A program made the position numbers and the translations under genes. A stretch of DNA of 63,831 nucleotides, counting the filler, from Octopus bimaculoides (Eukaryota), in assembly GCF_001194135.2 (NCBI RefSeq). It is 6 parts of 6 records of this genome, joined end to end, with 100 filler letters (N's around TTAATTAATTAA, not from the genome) between each part and the next. Parts side by side here need not be neighbours in the genome. Positions count along the whole stretch, not along the records: positions 25,889 to 56,159 come from NC_068994.1; positions 56,260 to 60,993 come from NC_068984.1; positions 61,094 to 62,418 come from NC_068996.1; positions 62,519 to 63,831 come from NC_068985.1; 2 more parts are not named here. The stretch is one strand, 5' to 3'. A model generated the notes under the pieces. It was not told where the DNA came from, ran no database searches, and saw nothing but the letters and a program-made list of their open reading frames with translations. This document shows positions 53,969 through 63,831 of this stretch, piece by piece (position 1 is the stretch's first letter; each line of letters begins with the position of its first letter).

Positions 53969-54287
53969 GTAATTATAAAAATAATTCAAAATATTCTTAT
54001 GAAAATATTTTTAAAAAAACTTTAAACTGAATTGAATGATAAAAAAATACTTTATTACAATAGATACAATAGTTTTTTTGTTATTGTTTTGTAACAAATA
54101 ACATACTGTGAAATTATTATAAAGCATACAAATCTTTACAAAACTATTAAACAAATCCAATCAGAAAATAAACATATTTCCAAGTTCATTACAAACAAAT
54201 CCTATCAGTGGATCAATTTCTTTATTTCCTCTTTCAAATTGATGCTTACATTGTCTAATATCACTTTAATATTTATATATTTTACAG

Positions 54288-54367
54288 AATACAGCAACTA
54301 TCACCCAAATATACCTCCAACACCAAAATGTAAACAAGAACAAGAAACCTATTTAGAGCCTGTATGA
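54288..54367 (+). CDS. PCDH: PCDH gene C terminal exon
   Basis: TTTACAG acceptor, EYSNYHPNIPPTPKCKQEQETYLEPV*. Confidence 0.88.
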
Positions 54368-55592
54368 TGTACATTGTATTTACTTTACACTCATAACAAT
54401 AAATAATACTTCCTTCTCAGAACACATAGAACAAACCAACAAATAATTTAGTATTTCATTGAAAATATTTAAATGTATTCATAATTATTAGATATATATT
54501 TATTATGATATTTGTATAGCTTTCGGAAATTTACGTAGAAGTCATAAAACAGATGTTAGTTTTATTGAAGCCTTTGCAGCATTGATAAAAATGAATATTA
54601 GTATATCTTTCACACTGATTACCATTTTCATTTTAAGAATTTATATTTTCTACAAGCAATCAAACAGAGATGTCTTTAAGGAACAAAATACATCATAACC
54701 TAGTTTCACTTTCTAGTTATAACCATCTTTCTTAAAAAATATCACTAAAGCTCATTTCTCTTTCTCTAGCCAAATCCTCAAATTTTATGCAGCTATATTT
54801 AGAGAGAATTACCACTGGTCTCAAACAGTAATGACATCAAAAGAGAAAGGACTAATTACACATGCAGTAGCATTAAAAATCCTTCTCACTTTTCACCACC
54901 CCACTAATCTCTCCCTCTTCTCCTCTCCCTTTCTCTGTAACATTGCAATGCCATATAACCAAGTATTTTTTTTTTTTTTGCAACAACTAAAACTTAAACA
55001 AAATTATTTAAGATTTGAAATTATTATTTCATTTCAGAAATTCTTATAAAGATTTTTGATGATGAAAATAAACTATTTTTAATAGTAAAATAGTGATTCC
55101 TAACATAGACACACAGTTTCAAATTTGGTGGGAGGGATATAGATGATTANNNNNNNNNNAACATAGACACACAGTTTCAAATTTGGTGGGAGGGATATAG
55201 ATGATTAAATCAACCCTAGACTTGACAGGTATATGCATGATGAAAGAGAAATCAACTTTAGTAGGATTTGAACTTAAAAAGAAAAAAAACTGTAAGTAAA
55301 TGCTGCAAGGCATTTTATCGAACATACTAATAATTCTTCAAAGCCATTGCCACCACCCTCAACAAAGTATTAAGAATGAATAATATAAATTCGTTATATG
55401 ATTTTAATTTCATAACATTTCCTGCTCAATAGGTTTTCTTATCAGAAGTGACACATTTTCAATATTAAATTTTACTTTCTTACACGCAATGTGGAGGAAT
55501 AAACTCATACAAACAAAGAAAACACACAGCTATGGATATGCTTAAACACATACAACCACAATTCTCATCTAAGAGTTCTACTTCCTATCATC

Positions 55593-55719
55593 TGACTCAC
55601 AACAGCAGTTCATCAACATACAACTGTTATTGTGCTACTACTACAATAGTTACTCTGGAACACTACAAGATGCATGACTGTAGTTTCATGTCATGGGAAC
55701 AATGGATTAAACAATGAAG
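55593..55719 (+). promoter_or_regulatory. Putative leader exon of a further PCDH gene whose body is not assembled here
   Basis: TGACTCAC...CTACTACTACAATAGTTACTCTGGAACACTAC...GGATTAAACAATGAAG|GTAAGA; the block ends about 440 bp later at a gap. Confidence 0.55.
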
Positions 55720-56259
55720 GTAAGATCTTCTATTTGATCTATTTCTATTCAATGTCATTTTATTAGAAGACAAATGATATTCTAAACGAAAATAAGGATA
55801 AAAAGATATAGCAATCATTTTCACTATTACTAGGACCAGCAGTCAGAGGGAAGACATATTTCCATAGCAGTGAAAATAATTACAATCAAACAAGACAAAT
55901 TTACGTGAATATATGATGTTTCATATATTGCAATAACACTTATACAATGTTGATGTAAAGAAACTGGGTAGAATTAATTATTTAAAAAATGTCAAACAAG
56001 ATCTAATCTCTTGTAATATAAAATTTATTTTGAATAATAGCTTCTTTATTTTATATAAATGTGTGTGTATATATATATATGAGTGCATGTGCATGTCTGT
56101 ACTTTAGTGTTTGTACTAGAAATAAACTGGAATAATACTTTTAATCCTATGATAAATTTNNNNNNNNNNNNNNNNNNNNNNNNNNNNNNNNNNNNNNNNN
56201 NNNTTAATTAATTAANNNNNNNNNNNNNNNNNNNNNNNNNNNNNNNNNNNNNNNNNNNN

Positions 56260-56296
<37 letters not shown>

Positions 56297-57283
56297 GTCA
56301 CGTCAGAATAATAAAGTACAGTCTTACTTGCAAAATGGACGTGTGCGTTCAATGATGTAATAATACAAAAAATATATATGCATGTATACACACATATATG
56401 TATATACTTTCATCTACATGTGTATATAGATACATATCAGGGTACAGGACGTTAGAACAATGAACTACAGACAACGGAACGAACACATAGTAAAACAGAA
56501 AGCCACTTGGAATTATTCATCAGCTGCCTCTATTCTAACTCGACGTTTCGAAGATAATATATATATGCAGTGTGCGATGGGTAAATTTTCATTTTAGCGT
56601 AATTTAGACGGCAGTTTATTCGCTGCACCCTGTATGTATGGATGCATGCATGCCTGAATGCAAAGGTGCATGAATGTATGTATGTATGACTTCACTTTTT
56701 CTAAATTTTGACAGGCCATCATCTTGGTAGCAAGGTTGAGAAGGAAAGGATCCTTGATTTAAACGTCATCCTTTAATATTAAGAGGGACTTAGAGATTTT
56801 TATAATCCCAAATGTATCGTGATCATTTGTAGTTTATGAATTAAGGATTTGCATTCTGTCACCAAGATTCCAAGTTCAGATATTGCTCCAGATGGGTTGG
56901 TATGTAGCCTGTCTCTCCAATAATAATGGCTATGAAGCTGAAAGTATATGTGTGTATGCATGTATGCATGTATGTATGTATGCATGTATGTATATATATA
57001 TATATATGTATGTGTTTAGTATATATATATTTAATGTATATATATATATTTCTATATATATATATATATATGTCTGTGTGTATGTATCTATGTATACAGT
57101 TGTTTCTGTGTATATTTGTCTGGATGTGTGTGTGCGTGTGTAGTTTATGGGGTCTGGAACCTTTAAATATGTATTTGTGTAGTGGTCTATATTTGTGAAT
57201 GTATGTGTTAATAGCCTGTATGCAGATGTGTGTGCACCAACAGATACAGGAAGTATGAATCAGCGAGAGAAAGAGGGAAAAAC

Positions 57284-57319
<36 letters not shown>

Positions 57320-57699
57320 AAAGAGATAGACACAGACAACTATGTCACTCTTTCTCTCTCTCTTTCTCTGTCTCTGTCTTTGTCTCTCGCTCTCATGTGT
57401 GCGCTAAATTTTCATGTAAATCCATGTTTATATATCTCTGTGCATGTGTATGTGTATCTTTGTGGGACTATATATGTCTATGTTCCTCAGTGTGCATATA
57501 TATTTCTTTGTGAATTTCTGTGTATTACGTGTGCCTATATGTCTGCATTTGTATGTATCTCTGTGTCTGTATGTGTATGTATGGATCTCTGTGTCTCTTC
57601 TTTCATGTGCATCTGGATGCATATATGTTTCTGTGTGTACATACGTATATATATCTGAATGTGTCAATATATATGTATGCATATATGTAAGTTAGAACT

Positions 57700-57940
57700 C
57701 GGGACTACGGACGGGTGATTAGAATATTGCAGGAAAGAATCGCAATTCTTCAAGCCGAGCCAACCAACAGGAGACCTAGGGTAAGACCAAGGACGAGTTG
57801 ATTGGATAATATCCACAGTCTTGGTTTGTGAATCCAACCGGAAAGTGTAATGAAGGTTGCTTCTAATAGGAGCCTATGGAGAAGGTGCCTGAGGACTCTA
57901 CCAGCACAGCTCTCCCAAGCATATTGGGCAAAGAACATTG
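57700..57940 (+). mobile_element. LINE (RTE-like) 3' end remnant
   Basis: AEPTNRRPRVRPRTSWLDNI...VASNRSLWRRCLRTLP resembles an RTE C-terminal RPR.RW...DR..WR pattern. Confidence 0.5.
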
Positions 57941-57948
57941 AGAGATGG

Positions 57949-58010
<62 letters not shown>

Positions 58011-58351
58011 GGGGAGCGAGAGAAAGAAAGAGAGACAGACAGTCTGACAAAGAGACAAACAGATACAAAGAGACAAACTGAGATGAAAGAGACGCGAGAG
58101 TGTGAGCCTAAAGATCAAATTTTGATTGAACGAAGCTATATCTACATCTGTATTGTTGTAAACAGTTTGTTTCTAGAACAAACCATGAGATCACCTTTCT
58201 TCAGGGNNNNNNNNNNNNNNNNNNNNNNNNNNNNNNNNNNNNNNNNNNNNNNNNNNNNNNNNNNNNNNNNNNNNNNNNNNNNNNNNNNNNNNNNNNNNNN
58301 NNNNNNNNNNNNNNNNNNNNNNNNNNNNNNNNNNNNNNNNNNNNNNNNNNN

Positions 58352-58530
58352 NAGTAAGTTCTGGGTTCTGACGGCGGTGGTGGTGGTGGTGACGGCGGCG
58401 GTGGTGGTGGTAGTAGTGACGGTGGTGGTGGTGGTAGTGGTGACGGCGGAGGTGGTAGTGGTGACATTGGCAGTGGTGGTGGTGGTGGTGGCATTGGTGA
58501 TGGTGGAGTGGTGGTCGTGGTCGTGATATG
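58352..58530. repeat. (GTG)n-rich compound microsatellite
   Basis: GGT/GAC repeats; source of the poly-Pro/His/Val ORFs. Confidence 0.9.
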
Positions 58531-59431
58531 GATAGCAGTTGTTTTACTGTCTTGTTTGTTTCTCGCACTGATTAAACATCTTTTAAATAATTTCTTCATT
58601 CCATCTCTGACTCCCCCTCTCTCCCCTCTCTCTCCTCTCCCTTTCCTGTCTCTCTCTCTTTCTCACGCGCACACACATATTTCCTTTCTTTCTCCCTCCT
58701 TCGTTTCACAGTTCCCCACTTAACATTCACAGTTGAACAAAGACTGGGGGGGGGGCAAATAAATTAACATTTGTTGAATCCGTGTTGAAAACAAGATAGT
58801 TTCATTGACACACCGGCTGTTTCTTGTACGACCTCGCTCAGTTTCTAGTTAATGTTCCTCGTTTATCTTCTCTTTTTACACCAAAATTCATAAATAACTC
58901 ACACACATACACTCATGCACACACACACACACACACATACACATGCAGACTCAGACATGCACGTACCACAAGCACGTACACATACACAAACATACATGCA
59001 TGCATACAAACATACATACATGTATACATACATGCATATATATATACATATGTATATATAATTATACATATATAATTATGTGTGCGTGTGTGTATATGTG
59101 TGTGTGCGTTTGCGTCTGGGTATGTTTGTGTGTGCGCGTGTGTGTATATGTTTATGCATGTGTGTATGAGTGTGTGCGTGTGTGAATGTGTGTAATGTTA
59201 CTAACCTCGTGCTCTCAATAACAACGGTAAGTATGTTTATCATATTTAAATGTATTGAAATTAGTAATGAAGTATTTTTAAAATCTAGAAAAGTTTATTT
59301 TTAAAGAAACACACATACATGCATACATACATTTATATACGTGTGTGTGTGTGTATATACAAATATACACGCACTCATACGTATATATATATATATATAT
59401 GTAAATATACATATCTATATATACATATATA

Positions 59432-60278
59432 TATCATCATAAATATACAGGGATTAGCATTGAGTTGCTTCTCCAACATACTGAAAATTTAGAAATAGCA
59501 GTCAAAGAACTACGGATTCTAAACTACAAACTTTTCTCTAAATGGATGGCGATATTTATGGCACACATAGAACAAAAAACCGGAGGGGAAAGCATAAACA
59601 AAACAAGTCTTTAGTTAATCGGATACGATCGTTTCATGGTTAAGAGAATGAAAAATCCCTATTCCGAATCCTCAGTCCGATATTCTGATAAATTTGAAAG
59701 TGTCTCTAAAAAAATTCACGGTAATTTCTGGCCATGCGACACCAAAAATCAACGATAAGAAAGGTACTTACGAATTCATCGNNNNNNNNNNNNNNNNNNN
59801 NNNNNNNNNNNNNNNNNNNNNNNNNNNNNNNNNNNNNNNNNNNNNNNNNNNNNNNNNNNNNNNNNNNNNNNNNNNNNNNNNNNNNNNNNNNNNNNNNNNN
59901 NNNNNNNNNNNNNNNNNNNNNNNNNNNNNNNNNNNNNNNNNNNNNNNNNNNNNNNNNNNNNNNNNNNNNNNNNNNNNNNNNNNNNNNNNNNNNNNNNNNN
60001 NNNNNNNNNNNNNNNNNNNNNNNNNCAGGCATCCCATCTCAAAGAAATCTATTCCATGTGCGTCACAAATAGTCCCGTATGAAAAAAGTCCCGTGTGAAG
60101 GGATTACGGTTTAACCACCTAACTTAGAGGTATCAAGTTCTATGTGTGCCATAAATATCGCCATCCATTTAGAGAAAAATTTGTAGTTTAGAATCAGTAG
60201 TTCTTTGACTGCTATTTCTAAATTTTCAGTATGTTGGAGAAGCAACTCAATGCTAATCCCTGTATATTTATGATGATA
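59432..60278. repeat. 142-bp inverted repeat pair (59432-59573 and 60137-60278)
   Basis: The arms are reverse complements with 2 mismatches seen by eye; the spacer contains an N gap. Confidence 0.85.
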
Positions 60279-60947
60279 AATGTTTTTACCGATAAAGGTT
60301 TTTTCATACTGAACTACTTGGCAAAATTGTTAATTATTAATTCTATTATTAATTGACGATTCCCTGCCCTTATTCTTGTATACGTATACATATATATAGA
60401 TATAATTTGATTGGAGGCAATACGAGCGGAAACTACAGGGACATGACCTATTATCCAGCAGAATATACGATATATATGCACACTTACTTCGACATTAATA
60501 AAACGGCGTAAAGCTCAACATAACAGAAGAAATATTTTTAGATATTTTCGGGCTTATAAAAATATGTATATGTCTATATGCTTGTATCTTATTATGTTGA
60601 GCTTTATGCCGCTTTATTAATGTCGAAGTAAGTGTGCATAGGTCATGTCCCTCTAGTTTTCTGATCGTATTATCTCCACTCAAATTATAAATTGGAACTT
60701 AGCTCAACTTGAGCACTTCGATTCTAGCCTGTCTACGAGTATTGTTAATTAATAACAATATCTATAAAATAATATAATTTATATATATACATACACACAC
60801 ACACACACACATTCGAAGCACTGCTAGAATGTTAAAACTTAGTGCGCATGCACAGCAAATTTCAAGGTCAACCTTTGCCAAGCGGCTTTACTCTGTGTGC
60901 TTTAGCTTCGTTACAATGGCAACAGTCCGAATACTTATTGATCAGAC

Positions 60948-60993
<46 letters not shown>

Positions 60994-61599
60994 NNNNNNN
61001 NNNNNNNNNNNNNNNNNNNNNNNNNNNNNNNNNNNNNTTAATTAATTAANNNNNNNNNNNNNNNNNNNNNNNNNNNNNNNNNNNNNNNNNNNNAGAGAGA
61101 GATTTAAATCTATGGGAGTGTAAGAGTCTATACGCAAGGTTCAAGGTAGCTAAATATATATACATACATACATACACATTAAAATTATAATAAGGGTGTT
61201 CGATGATTACAACACCAGTCTGCTAGAAATAGACCCCAAATGGTCTATAGACCGCTTAGATTATTACTCCACTACACAAGGTTGTAAGCCAGGAAAATAG
61301 ACAGCGAGGATTTATAAAATAATTTAGATAGTACTAAATCTGTCTTTTCTGTTTTAGTCCTTTCTTTTTATATTCTTTGAGTCATATTCAGAATATATTC
61401 CTGTCTTACATCTATTTATTTTTGGTAAGGTGTGGAATACATTAGTATACATTAGCATGAGAATACATTAGTATAATATTTGTAAATTTGAAAAATCAAT
61501 TAGTAAAAATGACTATATATATCATATCATACCCACACATACATATACATACATACAAAAGGTACTCTTTGCTTTTCTTTTTTCTCTTTCAAACATTTA

Positions 61600-62418
61600 A
61601 CTTTGGAGAAAATCTTTTATGAAGTGTAGTTCCATTGCCTTTCGGTATTGTGGATCGTCCCGTGTACATTTGTAAAAGGGAAAGATTTTGAACTTTCCGT
61701 CTCCGCATATTTCCAGATGTTTACTCAATGGAGTCATACTTAGTTTTTCTTGCCGGATATGTTGCCTGTGAATTCTTGCACGTTGGCAGAGGGAATTATT
61801 CGCTTCGCCGATGTAATTTTCTTTACAGTTTGGGCAGGTAATGTAGTATATGAGATTTTGTTTTACAGTTCATATCTGCATTTATTTTAAAAATAAATCC
61901 GCTCTTGAACTTTATGTGGGAGCCACTTTCTATGTATTTGAAGTTGTTGGTATTGTTACACGTTCCACATCTCCTATCTCCATATTCTTTAACTATGAAT
62001 TCTGGTTTAGTCTCTGATCTGATTTCTGCTCTTGTGAGGTGTTTTTTAAAGATTTTTTGGTTGGCGTATGCTATTCCGTAAGGTGTTTTCTCAATCAGAG
62101 TTTTCATCTTGGGGCTTTGAAGGAGTATAGGCAAGTTCGATTTTATAACGTGGAATATGTTAGTTATTCCAGGACTGTATGTGTTAATGAACGGAATCGT
62201 GTTTTCATTAACTTTTTCCTTTAGTGTCCGTAGTTGGGTGATATTTAGCTCCATCGCCTTTTTAATTCCTTCATTAAGTAGGCCTAAGGGGTATTTTTGT
62301 ATAGTAAGGAAACCTTTCAGTTCGTTGAGTCTGGTTTCACGTGTTTTAGGGTCACTTACTATAGCACAGATGCGTCTGGCCATGCTGTATGGGATGTTTC
62401 TTTTGATGTGTGATGGAT
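61600..62418 (-). mobile_element. Penelope-like element fragment (RT thumb plus GIY-YIG endonuclease)
   Basis: HPSHIKRNIPYSMARRICAIVSD..RLNELK..QKYP...CGDRRCGTC-like segment, then in a shifted frame NLIYYITCPNCKENYIGE (GIY-YIG). Confidence 0.85.
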
Positions 62419-62518
62419 NNNNNNNNNNNNNNNNNNNNNNNNNNNNNNNNNNNNNNNNNNNNTTAATTAATTAANNNNNNNNNNNNNNNNNNNNNNNNNN
62501 NNNNNNNNNNNNNNNNNN

Positions 62519-62560
<42 letters not shown>

Positions 62561-62796
62561 TAAATTTCAGGGTAGAAAAAATTATTTAGAATTTTTATAC
62601 TACCAGTGGCCTGTGTGTAGAAAAAACTAGTCAATAGACTATATATTATTCATTATAAAAACAGTGTACATTTAAACAAGTAACAAATGGCCATAGTGGT
62701 TTGGATTTTAACTACTCATTCTAGCGGATTAGATTTCCTATTATGGCCATCGCTTATGTGTTTAAATGTACACTATAGTCATATATATATATATAT

Positions 62797-63460
62797 ACTT
62801 TTCCAGTCACTATACAGTAACTGGTAGTGCTATATGGCAGCCCACTATGAGTAAATTACAGAAGGGGAGAGCTAAGCAATGATAAGTAAAATTGCAATGT
62901 TACTTTTAGTCCAAGTATGCTTGATGCACGTTCTGACTGGGGAACAAGCTACTCACTGCGTTTTGTCACAGAATATATTTCGCTTTTTGGCAAATGGTGT
63001 GTATACACCTAGATCAGCTCACAACACCACCTACCTAGACAGTGAGATGCTAGCATTTCGGAGTAGTTATCTCCTCATCAGTCAGTCACCAGGCAGATGA
63101 CACTATGAACTGATTGAAGAGATTCCCTCACTTATGCTTTCCCAGTCACCATATGATGACTGATAGCAGTATATGGTGGCTCACCATAAGTAAATTACAG
63201 AGGGGGAGTGCTAAGCAGTGATAAGTAAAATTGCAATGTTATTGCCAATCTGAATGTGCTTGATGCATGTTCTAACTGGAGAACAAGCTTCTCACTGCGT
63301 TTTGTCACTGGGAATATGTCCTGCTTGTTGACAAATGGTGTATATACACCTAAACCAGTTTGCAATGCCACCTACCTAGACTGTGAGATGCTAGGACTTC
63401 AGAGTAGTTATCTCCTCATCAGAGATGCACGTTCGAACTGGAGAACCAGCTACTCACCAT
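62797..63460. repeat. Diverged tandem repeat, period about 338 bp
   Basis: The blocks AGTAAATTACAG..GCTAAGCA..TGATAAGTAAAATTGCAATGTTA and CACCTACCTAGAC.GTGAGATGCTAG..AGTAGTTATCTCCTCATCAG each occur twice; a partial third unit follows. Confidence 0.75.
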
Positions 63461-63619
63461 ATATATATATCTTCTAGCACGTTAACAGTCCACCTAGTGG
63501 TCTCCTTTATATATACATATATAATAATCCTTTTTTTCTGAATCTCCTTGATTCTTTTAATGTGCTTGTTCCCTGGTATTAAATTGATATTAATTAATAT
63601 CCAATTTTTTACCCTACTG

Positions 63620-63662
<43 letters not shown>

Positions 63663-63831
63663 AATAATTACAGAGGCATCAAGCTGTTAGATCAGGTTAT
63701 GAAAGTTACAGAGAGGGTCATAGCCCAACTAATTAGGGAGCGAATCAATTTAGATGAGATGCAGTTTGGGTTCGTGCCAGGTAAAAGCACTACTGATGCC
63801 TTATTTCTAGTGAGACAGTTGCAGGAGAAAT
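63663..63831 (+). mobile_element. RTE-clade LINE RT fragment running off the window
   Basis: NYRGIKLLDQVMKVTERVIAQLIRERINLDEMQFGFVPGKSTTDALFLVRQLQEK. Confidence 0.85.

Noticed and set aside
56490-56560. Minus-strand GAAACGTC ... CTGATGA as a hammerhead ribozyme
   Set aside because: The motif order and pairing do not form a coherent stem I/II around a single core; at best it is a degenerate remnant.
58083-58599. Poly-Pro, poly-His and poly-Val ORFs
   Set aside because: They derive from a (GTG)n microsatellite beside a gap, with no splice or homology support.
17220-62473. Palindromic TTAATTAATTAA recurring at 17220, 25833, 56204, 61038 and 62462
   Set aside because: Always centred in 100-bp N pads; an artificial six-frame-stop gap marker, not biology.
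1-63831. CRISPR arrays, rRNA genes or prokaryotic operons
   Set aside because: None seen; the sequence is eukaryotic with spliceosomal introns, and the regular repeats are microsatellites.

Overview
AT-rich, microsatellite- and retroelement-dense eukaryotic DNA from a gapped draft assembly, inferred to be an octopod cephalopod from the protocadherin type and SINE/LINE content. The core is a tandem + strand protocadherin (PCDH) array in a block at about 25.9-56.2 kb, bounded by two unknown-size gap pads (44N-TTAATTAATTAA-44N). It holds three near-complete genes: A (CDS from 33581), B (41833) and C (49673). Each has a putative non-coding leader exon, one large exon (signal peptide, six cadherin repeats, TM, proximal tail) and two small cytoplasmic exons with identical intron phases. 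An orphan cytoplasmic exon pair at 28.0-28.6 kb and an orphan leader at 55.6 kb imply at least five genes. Main observations: a TGACTCAC-headed leader/promoter module upstream of each gene, gene-conversion-like homogenisation of EC4-TM against divergent EC2-EC3, a degenerate Ca2+-binding EC3-EC4 linker, and strong CpG depletion confined to the array block. The flanks are fragments of R4/Dong, RTE, Penelope and mariner elements, tRNA-derived SINEs and microsatellites; a Helitron fragment lies in an intron of gene A. Most short ORFs in the track are microsatellite or gap artefacts.
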